Source: an uncultured virus (IMG/VR IMGVR_UViG_3300020171_002032) (lineage: Duplodnaviria; Heunggongvirae; Uroviricota; Caudoviricetes). Taken from it: a stretch of 64,000 bases of DNA. Positions 1 to 9,194 of the stretch are shown here, in pieces. Position numbers and translations under genes: made by a program. The stretch lies in the IMG/VR virus record IMGVR_UViG_3300020171_002032; one strand, written 5' to 3'. A model generated the notes under the pieces. That model searched no databases. It saw only the letters and a program-made list of their open reading frames with translations, and was not told where the DNA came from. Numbering within the stretch: the stretch's first letter is position 1; every line of letters begins with the position of its first letter.

Positions 1-13
1 CGCTTAATAAGGG

Positions 14-751
14 TTAACCGCATTCATTGTCTTCAAGTTCGCACATGGGGCACGTTTCGCTCTTAGGCATCCATTTCAGAAGCGCCCTCTGTTCTTCTGT
101 TGCTTTTCGGAGTTGTTCACATGACAATTTAGCATAGAAAGGCAAGATTAGTTCAGGATACCGTCGTCCATTCTTTTCTAATACCTCTGCCCTCTCGTAT
201 AAATCAGGATGGTTCTTTAGAAGATTGAGCCAACTCTTAGCTGGTTGATATGGACAGAAGAAGCAACCGCTTTTGATAGGAACAGGTAGACCCGCCTCTT
301 TTATGATTTGGATGCACCCCTCTCTATCAATGCCCATATCTATTAAGGGAGATATGCTGCCGCAATCATTGTTTTTAGCCCGATTCTCTTCTCCTTTACA
401 GAAGCCAATCAAGGTCATGATGTCTTCACCGCTATAGTTTCGAATAAGATAGCTCTTAATTACGCGCTTCTTAAAGTGATCTGAACAGGAACGCCAAACT
501 GTCGTAGGAATGATTTTCTTTTCCATATTGTCCTGATAGAGGAGAGCATGGTTTTCTCTCTGAACAATACGAAGGTCGATGTTGTGTTTCTTGCAGAATG
601 GTTTAATGACTTTTTCGATATACTGGTATGTTTCTGGTTGTTCTCCTCCTGTATCTGCAAAAATAGCCACATCAAAATCGACTTTACCTTGAGCCTTGAG
701 AACTAACAAAGCAGTACTATTGACTCCTGCACCAAGCGATAAGACTCGCAT
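14..751 (-). CDS. PAPS reductase-like (PP-loop adenine nucleotide alpha-hydrolase) protein, possibly DNA modification
   Basis: VLSLGAGVNS PP-loop, FADTGGE and KSGCFFCP motifs; flanked by sites at 1 and 772. Confidence 0.75.
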   Translation of the reverse strand: MRVLSLGAGVNSTALLVLKAQGKVDFDVAIFADTGGEQPETYQYIEKVIKPFCKKHNIDLRIVQRENHALLYQDNMEKKIIPTTVWRSCSDHFKKRVIKSYLIRNYSGEDIMTLIGFCKGEENRAKNNDCGSISPLIDMGIDREGCIQIIKEAGLPVPIKSGCFFCPYQPAKSWLNLLKNHPDLYERAEVLEKNGRRYPELILPFYAKLSCEQLRKATEEQRALLKWMPKSETCPMCELEDNECG

Positions 752-794
752 ACTTTCACATCATCACTATACGCTTAACTACACTTAACTGCAT

Positions 795-1004
795 CTATGG
801 TCGCCTGAATTTAAGAGGATCTCTCTGAACTGGCGGAAGGTGAATAGGCCCAGAGTATTCTATGGAGCCTGTACCCTTACACGGAGGGCAAGGCTTCCAG
901 CCCCAGTTCCAAACATCATTTTTGAAGACCTTTCCGCTACCTCTACAATTCGGACAAACCCGTTTTCTCACTTCTGATGGTTGAGTTTTATACATGCTTT
1001 CCAT
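795..1004 (-). CDS. small DnaJ-type zinc-finger protein
   Basis: CPNCRGSG and CPPCKGTG (CxxCxGxG) repeats. Confidence 0.65.
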   Translation of the reverse strand: MESMYKTQPSEVRKRVCPNCRGSGKVFKNDVWNWGWKPCPPCKGTGSIEYSGPIHLPPVQRDPLKFRRP

Positions 1005-1037
1005 CCACCTCCATTTTTCCCCACAAATGTCCCCACA

Positions 1038-1385
1038 TCAAGACCCAGTGGGAACAATCTCGTTAACATCAATGATGCCAGCATCAATGTAGGCTCTAAC
1101 GATTTTGAGCAACCTCTTCTTGATAGCGTTGACCATATATTGGCAACTCTCGTCTTCATTCATCTTAACTATGGATAATCCCTGTTCCTTTATTGCTGGA
1201 AATCCAGTGCCAGGCTGCTTTCCCTTATGCTTTCTGCCAGGGCCTGCAAGCATTTGACGTACTTGCCGCACGGTCCAATCAATACTCCAGTTGTCGAAGT
1301 TGTCCCAATTGATCTTATCCTTGATCACGCTCTTGCCGCAGAATATACATGCTATCTGTTCCTGTGTCGCGTTTTCCTTTGCCAT
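1038..1385 (-). CDS. hypothetical protein (N-terminal CxxC)
   Basis: 115-aa ORF, ATG start, co-oriented with neighbours. Confidence 0.65.
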   Translation of the reverse strand: MAKENATQEQIACIFCGKSVIKDKINWDNFDNWSIDWTVRQVRQMLAGPGRKHKGKQPGTGFPAIKEQGLSIVKMNEDESCQYMVNAIKKRLLKIVRAYIDAGIIDVNEIVPTGS

Positions 1386-1502
1386 GACCGTACCTTAATC
1401 CCTTACGGTTTTTATGCTTTTCCGTTTGACTCTTGGAACTACTGGGAGTCGGAAGATAAGGATAGTCCGTTATAACGGTTTTATACCATAAACGCTCTGG
1501 AT

Positions 1503-1524
1503 GCGGTTAATTTAGTTTAACCGC
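1503..1524. repeat. perfect copy of the dif-like site GCGGTTAA-TTTAGT-TTAACCGC
   Basis: Perfect 8-bp inverted arms with a 6-bp spacer, at the point where gene orientation diverges. Confidence 0.9.
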
Positions 1525-1899
1525 GTGGTCGAAGAGGCTCGAAAAAGAACGTGTTTTGGCATATCAGAGGGGTTCGAAAAGTCGGAGTTGGGCTAGATTC
1601 TTGGCGATAAGGCTGGAAGGGGTCGAAATCTTGGCGGGCTGGCGGAAGTTTGAGGGGTTTGCATGGTTATGGGTCTCGGTTTTTCGAAGGTGTGTCGTGG
1701 TCTGGGGGGCAAGGGGGCATGGTCTCCATGGCCGTGGTTCCTCGCGCATGTTGATCATGGTCACGGGTTCGTGGGGCATGAATATATAAGGGTGGGGAAA
1801 ACTCGGAGTTTTGGGGTGGTTTCGGGGGTTGGGGCTGGTTTTGAGGTATCTTATGTTATGGGGATATGTTGAAGATTGATATGTTGGTTTTATATACTT

Positions 1900-2560
1900 G
1901 AAAAGGCACGTTAGAGGTTTGACGGTCAAACGCGAGAACAAGGTCAATAAAAAAGTGTGGTTGACCGTAAGACGCAAGGCAAATAGAAACGTAAACCGTG
2001 AAGCATGGACATAAGCCTTCCTTCCGAAGCGACCATATTCACGGTAAAAAGCGGGCATCTAGCGTCTAGGCGATGAGAGTAGTAGAAGATTGAAACCCCC
2101 CGTTGGCCTTTGGCCTGTTCTGGGTCTCGGTTGACGGAGAGCCGAAAGAAACCCGCCGCATTTAAAGCGGTTGCTTGATCATTGAGGGCGATAGTGCGAG
2201 AAAGGCGTTCTCAACGCCTGGGTTATCGTCTCCGTGGAAGTCGGAGCCTGAAAGCTTAACAAGACGTGCGGTTATGCGATGTTGCTGTGTGATCTAGAAG
2301 AGCCTGAGAGATTAGCTTCGCAAGAGCTTCTTAGGTATGACTAGACACCCTGGTCAATTAAATCTTCGCCTACCACGTAGGCCCCTACACTACTCTAGTT
2401 ATTGCCTCAACGGTGATAGAGGCGGCAAGAGACGGTATTTCCTGAAGCGGAACCCAGCTCTCGTAAATGAACGAGATTCGCCGTCCACAGCTTTTGAGGA
2501 AGGGATAAGACCAAAAGGAAACTAGAGCGGAAGTGATCCAGCAGCTACCGCATAATCATT
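1900..2560 (+). ncRNA. candidate large structured non-coding RNA (element A)
   Basis: No credible ORF; GC-richer than flanks; many GNRA-like capped hairpins, e.g. CCTGAGA..AGCTTC-GCAA-GAGCT..TCTTAGG at about 2303-2335; shares short motifs with 12675-13640. Confidence 0.5.
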
Positions 2561-2569
2561 AACATTAAA

Positions 2570-2627
2570 GGGTGAGGGCTTCATTTTCAGTTATCTCTCT
2601 CCTTATCTCCTTTCCCTCTCCTCACCC
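2570..2627 (+). ncRNA. hairpin GGGTGAGG/CCTCACCC enclosing a pyrimidine-rich loop
   Basis: 8-bp perfect stem 2570-2577/2620-2627. Confidence 0.4.
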
Positions 2628-2640
2628 AAAGGGTGAAAAA

Positions 2641-2853
2641 ATGACCGAATTAGAAACTAGGCTCAAACATGATGGAGCTTACCGAAAAGATGGAAAAATC
2701 TTTTGTTCAGTGCATCCAGAGACAGAGCTAAATAATGATGGATCATGTAAGGAATGTCTCAGAACTGAATCAATAATGGCTAGTGACATGCAAGAAGCAC
2801 AAGCCATGAACAAGGCTCAAGAAATCTACGAGAACGACGATTATTTTGAATAA
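2641..2853 (+). CDS. hypothetical protein (CxxH/CxxC)
   Basis: ATG after AAGGGTG; 70 aa. Confidence 0.7.
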   Translation: MTELETRLKHDGAYRKDGKIFCSVHPETELNNDGSCKECLRTESIMASDMQEAQAMNKAQEIYENDDYFE

Positions 2854-2902
2854 TTCCCTTCTTTCTTTCGTTTATATGTTTTTAACCGCAAGGGTGCAAA
2901 AC

Positions 2903-3262
2903 ATGAAAATCGAAAATCTAAAGGAAAAACTTCACACTCCAATCAAGGAAGGCGAAACATGGCTACAGAATCAATGGCCTGCTCAACCAAACAAAAGATA
3001 TTCCGATGTCACATACTTGAACTACCAGAACATCGAAGACCTTTTTGGAAGGAAGGCAAGCACGAAGATTCACAATGCTGTACTAGATCATCCAGAAATA
3101 CCTGTTGTGGTGGTTGCTGTACTTGACAAGAACGGAAAAGTCGAGGGACCGCGTGTATTCATTCAGAATGAAGCACATTACTACGGTCAATATGAACTGT
3201 TCGCTTGCAGTGCTGGTATGGATGGATTTGTCGAAGTTTTCCACAACGTCAAAAACAACTAA
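2903..3262 (+). CDS. hypothetical protein (array unit)
   Basis: ATG after site 2869 and AAGGGTG. Confidence 0.75.
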   Translation: MKIENLKEKLHTPIKEGETWLQNQWPAQPNKRYSDVTYLNYQNIEDLFGRKASTKIHNAVLDHPEIPVVVVAVLDKNGKVEGPRVFIQNEAHYYGQYELFACSAGMDGFVEVFHNVKNN

Positions 3263-3321
3263 ACCCTTTCCTTTTTCTCTCTTCCATACTGTTAAGCGTC
3301 TTTATGCGAAGGGTGTAGAAA

Positions 3322-3483
3322 ATGAGCAAGAAGATAACAATTGTTTATCATAAAGGCAAACCGACAATAGAGAATCTGAAAGCCATAGTTGCCATGCTCT
3401 CTGACGGCTATCTTCAGGGTTACGAGCAACCTACGGGTATAAATTGGGAAGTCATGGGAGACTATGACGAACTACTGAATTAG
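3322..3483 (+). CDS. small hypothetical protein, 53 aa (MSKKITIVYH...)
   Basis: Fills the interval between sites 3289 and 3496; below the ORF-track size cutoff. Confidence 0.7.
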   Translation: MSKKITIVYHKGKPTIENLKAIVAMLSDGYLQGYEQPTGINWEVMGDYDELLN

Positions 3484-3528
3484 CTTCTCCTTTTTCTGTT
3501 AATATGGAATATCTGCAAGGGTGATGAT

Positions 3529-3690
3529 ATGCAGGTCAAGATAAAGTACGACAATAGCAATGAAGTAGGCTCCATGTCGCCTGAGTATTGGATGCTAGTA
3601 GTCGAGTTGCGCGGTGCGCCAAAAATAGTGGATATGGTAAAGGAACACATTAGAGAGCTAATGAAGAATAACAAGGCCGTTGAATGGTAA
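3529..3690 (+). CDS. small hypothetical protein, 53 aa (MQVKIKYDN...)
   Basis: Fills the interval between sites 3496 and 3712. Confidence 0.7.
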   Translation: MQVKIKYDNSNEVGSMSPEYWMLVVELRGAPKIVDMVKEHIRELMKNNKAVEW

Positions 3691-3750
3691 ACCCCATACC
3701 TTTTTCTCTTTCGTTTAAATAGAATTAACTGCAAGAAGGGTGATAAAATC

Positions 3751-4389
3751 ATGCCGACTGGATATACAGCCATGTTAGACGATAACCCTAAAATGACCAC
3801 TCAACAATGGATTATGCAGGGGTTAGCAAGAGCCTTTGGAATTTGTGTAATTCTCCGCGATGAGTCTCTTAATCTAACGGAAGAACAGATCACGCAGAGA
3901 ATCGCTGAAGATGGCAAACGTGACATTGGCTATCATCAAACAGAATTGAACAAGGCTATAGAAGAATCCGTCAAGCTCGCTAAGAGAACTGAAGTAGAAT
4001 GGGAGACCGCTTGGCAAAAAGACGAACAGGAAAAAGAACAACACAACAAGAACTCGATTGCCAGAGCAAAGAAAATGACAGAAAGACACTTTCAAGTCAT
4101 AAATGACTTAGAACGCATTTTAGCCTCGCCCGAAGTCGATGAAATCACAAAGAACATCGCCAACTATGGCATAGAACAACTTAAGCTTGTTAAAAGCGAA
4201 CGCGAACCCTATATCCAAGAATCTATACCTTTTGAAGCCTACAGAGTTAACACCATCAAATCCAACACCAGAGACATTCAATATTACACTGAAGAACTAG
4301 ACAAAGAAAAAGAGCGAGTGAATGGCCGAGTCCTTGCTTACTCCAAATTACGGAAAGACTTAGATGCAGTTTTCCATACAAAAACCTAA
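3751..4389 (+). CDS. coiled-coil hypothetical protein (MPTGYTA N-terminus)
   Basis: 212 aa, helical and charged; between sites 3712 and 4404. Confidence 0.8.
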   Translation: MPTGYTAMLDDNPKMTTQQWIMQGLARAFGICVILRDESLNLTEEQITQRIAEDGKRDIGYHQTELNKAIEESVKLAKRTEVEWETAWQKDEQEKEQHNKNSIARAKKMTERHFQVINDLERILASPEVDEITKNIANYGIEQLKLVKSEREPYIQESIPFEAYRVNTIKSNTRDIQYYTEELDKEKERVNGRVLAYSKLRKDLDAVFHTKT

Positions 4390-4436
4390 GCTTCTCTTTT
4401 TTTCGTTTAAGTAGCATTAGCTGAAGGGTGCTGAGA

Positions 4437-4622
4437 ATGCCAGAAGAAGGATACAGAAACGCACCGCTATTCTTGACGACTACCGCGAAATGTGATCTTA
4501 CCGAATTACCCATCAAAATAAAACTAGCAACACCAAAACTCCTATTCGAGTCGCTTAACCAAAAACGAATTGAAACGGACAAAGTGATAGTGGAGTTCGA
4601 AGAAGAGAAGGAAAAAGAATAG
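4437..4622 (+). CDS. hypothetical protein
   Basis: Between sites 4404 and 4636. Confidence 0.65.
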   Translation: MPEEGYRNAPLFLTTTAKCDLTELPIKIKLATPKLLFESLNQKRIETDKVIVEFEEEKEKE

Positions 4623-4668
4623 CTTCCTCCTTTTTCTGTTAATGGAATTTATGCGAAGGGTGCAAAAT

Positions 4669-5958
4669 ATGGCAAGCGTTATCGTGTTGAAAAAAGGACA
4701 GTTAGACATCGAGGAAGCTTTAGGAAAAATGAAATGGGACACGGAGAAATTTGAGATGGAACTAGAAATGTTCGCTAAAACTCAATCGCCACAGATCCAG
4801 GAGAAGCTTCGAAAGCAATACAATCAATATATGCATCGGTGCGGTTGGCCGATGGAACTTGTTGTTATTTCTGAACCGCTGCCACAACTGTCTGGCCCCA
4901 AATTTCTGCCACGGCTACCTAAAAAGAAACAACCACTAGAACTGCCAGAAATTAAGCCACAAACAGAACCAACAGTGATAGCAGAGGCAACTCCAACAGT
5001 AGAAGCCGCATCTTCGCAACAAACAGAATCAGTTCCAGAAACGAAAGAAGCAGAGACTCCTATACCGTTAGCGGTACAAGAACCTGACCCGACTCCCCAA
5101 GAAACAAAGCCAAACGAGACAGAAACTAAAACAACCGAGAATGTGCAATCTCAACCTGAAACCGACAAACCCGCGAAAGTGAACATTGTTGCAGATGCGT
5201 ATTTCAGCGTGTCCGACCCGATACTTCTAAAACGTCTATTCGAAACCATTCACGGACTGCTAGACGAAGTAACTTTCCAATTTGGGCCTGACCACTTACT
5301 TATTCGTGCTATGGACCCCAGTAGAGTAGCCATGCTCGACTACACCATAAAGAAGGAACATTTCGAAGAATGGGAAGTCAAGAAACCTGGATATGCAACA
5401 TTCAACATCGGAGAAGTTCTCAAGGTCGTGTTCGCAGCTATCAAAAAGGACACAACCATAAAATTGACAGTGAATCCAGTGACGGACAAACTGATCTTCA
5501 CTCTCAGAGACAGTCGAACAAGAACAAGAGAATTCCCACTTCTCAGCACAGATGAGGCTCCAGAAGTTATTCCAAGACCAAAAATTCAATTCAACGCTCT
5601 CTTTAAGGTTGCCAGCAAAGAATGGCAAGACGACATCGCGGAAATGACAAAAGCTTCAGATCATGTCGAGATTCATGTAACTCAAGAAGGCGTGAAAGTC
5701 AAGGCACTTGGCGATTATGTCAAGGCCGAAAACAACTACCAGAAAGGCTCCGACATACTGCTGGACATCCAAACAAAAGAGGATGCTTGTGCAAAGTTCA
5801 GTCTAAGTTACCTCGCTAAAGACTTCGACTTCTTTGAACCAAACCTCTGCGACATCGTAACCATAGAAATGACAACTGACATGCCAATACGAGCAACCCT
5901 ACATACAAAATTCGGTGATCTTCAGCATTATCTCGCGCCAAGGATCGAAACAGAATAA
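4669..5958 (+). CDS. pcn: PCNA sliding clamp with long N-terminal extension
   Basis: C-terminal ~250 aa carries PCNA motifs (RAMDPSRVAM, FSLSYL, MPI, YLAPRIE); N-terminal domain plus P/E/T/Q-rich linker. Confidence 0.9.
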   Translation: MASVIVLKKGQLDIEEALGKMKWDTEKFEMELEMFAKTQSPQIQEKLRKQYNQYMHRCGWPMELVVISEPLPQLSGPKFLPRLPKKKQPLELPEIKPQTEPTVIAEATPTVEAASSQQTESVPETKEAETPIPLAVQEPDPTPQETKPNETETKTTENVQSQPETDKPAKVNIVADAYFSVSDPILLKRLFETIHGLLDEVTFQFGPDHLLIRAMDPSRVAMLDYTIKKEHFEEWEVKKPGYATFNIGEVLKVVFAAIKKDTTIKLTVNPVTDKLIFTLRDSRTRTREFPLLSTDEAPEVIPRPKIQFNALFKVASKEWQDDIAEMTKASDHVEIHVTQEGVKVKALGDYVKAENNYQKGSDILLDIQTKEDACAKFSLSYLAKDFDFFEPNLCDIVTIEMTTDMPIRATLHTKFGDLQHYLAPRIETE

Positions 5959-5975
5959 CCCCCTCTTCTTTTTTT

Positions 5976-6160
5976 AAGGGTGCTGGTTGAGGGCATGGTC
6001 AAACCCTAACGGGAATTTACGTGAGACATTGCCCTCAAACCCTTAAGGGTGGAATGGCGATTTGGACAAGGAAGGGGGGCTTCAAGGCTTAAAAACCACC
6101 GCAACCCCTGGGATTCCAGCGAGTCGGAAAGCTTGGTTTGTCAGTCGCTCCAAAACCCTT
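5976..6160 (+). ncRNA. two tandem candidate small structured RNAs, each closed by AAGGGT/ACCCTT
   Basis: Unit 1 (5976-6044): TTGAGGGCA/TGCCCTCAA stem with CCC-TAAC-GGG hairpin. Unit 2 (6045-6160): GCGATT/AGTCGC, GACAAG/TTTGTC, CTGG-GATT-CCAG. Confidence 0.55.
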
Positions 6161-6376
6161 TATAACATGCGGTTAAGCAAGTTTAAACGCATATCGAAGG
6201 AGTATCGAAAAACATGTTGATTTACCATATCAATCAGACTTCGACCAAGACTGTTTTTTCCATGCGTAAAATTAACTGCAACATGAAAATCGGTTTTCAC
6301 GTAGAGCTACTTTGATGGAGACATATGAATCCCTGAAAAGTCGGTTCGAAGTAGGTTTCGAAGTAAGGGTGAGAAC

Positions 6377-6565
6377 TTGAAGATCAAAATAGAAGTAGAC
6401 GATGACGAATTTCCCCAGGAGTGGCCTCGCTTTCCAGAGCATTTGATACTAATGTGGGCTGGCGTAAGAGAAGAACTCTTGCAGAGGCTAATTAGCTATG
6501 TAGTGCTTATTCCTCCTTTATTGCCAGCAGTCATGGCAATATCTGAACTGAGGAAGAAACATTAA
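6377..6565 (+). CDS. hypothetical protein
   Basis: TTG start after AAGGGTG. Confidence 0.6.
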   Translation: MKIKIEVDDDEFPQEWPRFPEHLILMWAGVREELLQRLISYVVLIPPLLPAVMAISELRKKH

Positions 6566-6608
6566 TCCCATTTTTTCTGTTAATGATTATTACGCGAAGG
6601 GTGATCTC

Positions 6609-6995
6609 ATGGATATCAAGCATGTATGTTCGAAATGCGGTCAATCTTGTGGTTGGCGCGGTCCACCCTTTGAAGGACGATGGGGCAAACTCAGAGCGAT
6701 ACTTTTCCATCTCAGACGACGAACCCTTTTCTCGAAAGATTCTAAGAACTATCCATTCCTTCGATGCATAAATTGCGGGTATGTTGTCACTTTCCGAGAA
6801 TATAGCGAACTCCAACAAATTCCTAGAGAGATGGGGCTTCTTAGAGGAGTTAGAGCCGTAAACCAAGACATAGGTAAATTCATGAAGCATGGACATCAAG
6901 CTTCTTGGTATCGAAAAAACGTTAAAGCAAAGGTTCAACCAGAAGACGACGATGACGAAGACTACTTTGATGAACAAGAGGATCCTGCTGACTAA
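6609..6995 (+). CDS. zinc-finger protein with acidic tail
   Basis: CSKC and CINC pairs; EDDDDEDYFDE tail. Confidence 0.7.
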   Translation: MDIKHVCSKCGQSCGWRGPPFEGRWGKLRAILFHLRRRTLFSKDSKNYPFLRCINCGYVVTFREYSELQQIPREMGLLRGVRAVNQDIGKFMKHGHQASWYRKNVKAKVQPEDDDDEDYFDEQEDPAD

Positions 6996-7044
6996 CTCCC
7001 TCTTTTTATACAGTTAAGGAAGCTTATACGAAAAGGGTGAGATT

Positions 7045-7392
7045 TTGAAGCCTACACGGAAACAGTTAATCGAAGAAATAGTGATTCAAGGATACAAAGT
7101 TGCTCTCAACAAATATCACGGTGGCATGTGTCCAGCTATACGTGAAATCAAACCATCCATTATGCGACAATTCAAATTGAATCGTTGGGATTTTGATAGG
7201 CTGCTTCTTTCTGAAGGGCATCTGGACTATTATAAAGATGGCATAAACTTAGCTTCATGTGGAAGAAAAGTCTCTACGAACTTGGAGTATGTAACATTTG
7301 ACCATGAACATCCGACCATTATGAATAGCTACTGTTTTTTCCAAATTAACCCTGAAGTTGCTAGAAAAATCATCGAGCGTCACAAATCATAA
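7045..7392 (+). CDS. hypothetical protein
   Basis: Between sites 7011 and 7404. Confidence 0.7.
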   Translation: MKPTRKQLIEEIVIQGYKVALNKYHGGMCPAIREIKPSIMRQFKLNRWDFDRLLLSEGHLDYYKDGINLASCGRKVSTNLEYVTFDHEHPTIMNSYCFFQINPEVARKIIERHKS

Positions 7393-7435
7393 CCTTTTTC
7401 TTTCTGTTAAAACAAGTTAAGCGAAGGGTGCGAAA

Positions 7436-7693
7436 ATGGCGAAAATATACACAGACATAGAAGCGAAAGAGTTTTTCAGTCATAAGAAAATCAAACTTGA
7501 GGTCATCACAGATAACACTGGTAATGTGCTTCAAATTGAACCTTGCGCGGAGGACAGAAAGAAACTTCTAGGTTGTGAAGAAACAGTCATCTTGCCTAAG
7601 AGAATTTGGGATAAAATCCCTTATGCATTCAAGTATTGGGATGCAAAAAACAACATTGAACCTCCAAAAGAAACTGAGCCGACACAGCAATAA
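7436..7693 (+). CDS. hypothetical protein
   Basis: Between sites 7404 and 7706. Confidence 0.7.
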   Translation: MAKIYTDIEAKEFFSHKKIKLEVITDNTGNVLQIEPCAEDRKKLLGCEETVILPKRIWDKIPYAFKYWDAKNNIEPPKETEPTQQ

Positions 7694-7752
7694 CCATTCT
7701 TTTTTCTGTTAATTGGAAGTAACCGCATATTGCTGAAGGGTGAAATTAAGCA

Positions 7753-8163
7753 ATGAAACGTCCAGAGAAAATCATTATATGGCTTTCAGTAGATCGCCAA
7801 AAACAAGAACCTTTCATTGACCATAACGGCAAACCATTGATCAATTATACTATCAACTTACCATACTGGCTCGCTAAGGCGTACAAACCATCCTATGTAA
7901 AAGTGGAAATCAGAGACAGATTTCTCTCCTTTTCAGATAGACAAAAAGAGGAAAACTATGATGAAACGAAGGCATATGTAAGCGCTAACTGGTCTGCCAA
8001 ACTGACAAAACTGCGTAAGATGAATAACAATTTTATGTTGGTTGCCACAACAGCTATGGGAATGGATTGGTTTAGATCAATGGCGGATTACGAACATTAC
8101 CACAAGGAGCTTCAACAATTGAACAGAAAGTATCTACATTCTAGTGTTGAACCCAAACCATAA
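7753..8163 (+). CDS. hypothetical protein
   Basis: Between sites 7706 and 8174. Confidence 0.7.
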   Translation: MKRPEKIIIWLSVDRQKQEPFIDHNGKPLINYTINLPYWLAKAYKPSYVKVEIRDRFLSFSDRQKEENYDETKAYVSANWSAKLTKLRKMNNNFMLVATTAMGMDWFRSMADYEHYHKELQQLNRKYLHSSVEPKP

Positions 8164-8204
8164 ACTTTTTTTCCATTTAACTAGAGATAAGCAAGGGTGT
8201 CCTG

Positions 8205-8321
8205 ATGAAGAAATGCGTTTACAATAACAGTTGTACCAAATATCCTGATAAGTGTCCGAAGGAGAAAGGAGACAGAAACGAAGACTATAGTTGTCTCGAA
8301 TTGCCGTATCAACATTCCTAG
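8205..8321 (+). CDS. Cys-rich micropeptide, 38 aa (MKKCVYNNSC...)
   Basis: ATG after site 8174 and AAGGGTG; 4 Cys. Confidence 0.5.
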   Translation: MKKCVYNNSCTKYPDKCPKEKGDRNEDYSCLELPYQHS

Positions 8322-8395
8322 ATTTTTCTTTGAGGGTGTTATTATGCCAGGATGTAGAGACGACGCACAACGAGTTTTCAAGAGAAGGAAGAGTC

Positions 8396-8779
8396 ATGTA
8401 TCCTCAAAACGAAATTGATCGGCAACGTATCGAGAGGATTCAGTTTCTTGAGGCCCGAGTTGGTAGTCTTGAAAAAGAAAATGCCACATTGAAAGCTGCC
8501 TTGACTCATCAAACGATTGAGGCTGAAAGATCTTACCGCGATAACATTGAGAAATTCGATCAGCTCTCTCGTCAAGTGTGGGAAGTGGTTGCTCATCTTA
8601 ATAAGATATGGAATCGTCCAGTGACTTATGATGAGATAGTTCGCAATTTTCAGAGACAGTATCCAAACGTGGCCAAGACAGAGACAATCACTCGCAGAGT
8701 TAGAGAAATGGTTGAGCAACGTTGGATGGAAACCCCCGAAAGAGGCTCGTTCATCGTGATCAAGAAATCAGATTCCTAA
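8396..8779 (+). CDS. coiled-coil plus winged-helix DNA-binding protein
   Basis: Heptad N-terminus; VTYDEIV...TITRRVREMVEQRW...GSF wHTH-like C-terminus. Confidence 0.65.
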   Translation: MYPQNEIDRQRIERIQFLEARVGSLEKENATLKAALTHQTIEAERSYRDNIEKFDQLSRQVWEVVAHLNKIWNRPVTYDEIVRNFQRQYPNVAKTETITRRVREMVEQRWMETPERGSFIVIKKSDS

Positions 8780-8801
8780 TTTTTTCTCAAGGGTGAAGAA
8801 A

Positions 8802-8990
8802 TTGCCGAAAACAGAGTCTAGATCAGAGCCAGAAACAGCGGTATGGGAACAAAAACTCTTGAAAGTTGCCTTGAAAAACATGATCGTCAATCTCGATGTC
8901 GCCATACTTGCAGCGAAATCGCTTGGGAAATCAACTCTTCTCATGGAACTTCAATATATTAAGAGGAAAACCAGATTTCTACATACCTAA
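8802..8990 (+). CDS. hypothetical protein
   Basis: TTG after AAGGGTG. Confidence 0.55.
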   Translation: MPKTESRSEPETAVWEQKLLKVALKNMIVNLDVAILAAKSLGKSTLLMELQYIKRKTRFLHT

Positions 8991-9010
8991 CTTTTTCTAA
9001 GGGTGTTTCT

Positions 9011-9154
9011 ATGAAAAAATGCGTGTTTTGCGGAGCCGAATTCGAGTTCAACGAAGATTTTCAGAAACACATGGATACTTTCGGATGGAATTATGAGGAA
9101 CATCTTCGGAGACTTGAAGAGGTACATAACAAACAATGGGAGAAGGCTGAATAA
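9011..9154 (+). CDS. small C2H2-like zinc-finger protein, 47 aa
   Basis: MKKCVFCGAEF...FQKHM; ATG after AAGGGTG. Confidence 0.6.
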   Translation: MKKCVFCGAEFEFNEDFQKHMDTFGWNYEEHLRRLEEVHNKQWEKAE

Positions 9155-9194
9155 CCTCTCTTTCTCTTAATTTAGGTTAACAGCAAAGGGTGAA

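Noticed and set aside
1556..2525. ORFs 1556-1789, 1564-2058, 1663-1872 and 2337-2525
   Set aside because: Compositionally atypical, no RBS, and they overlap a skewed, structured non-coding region.
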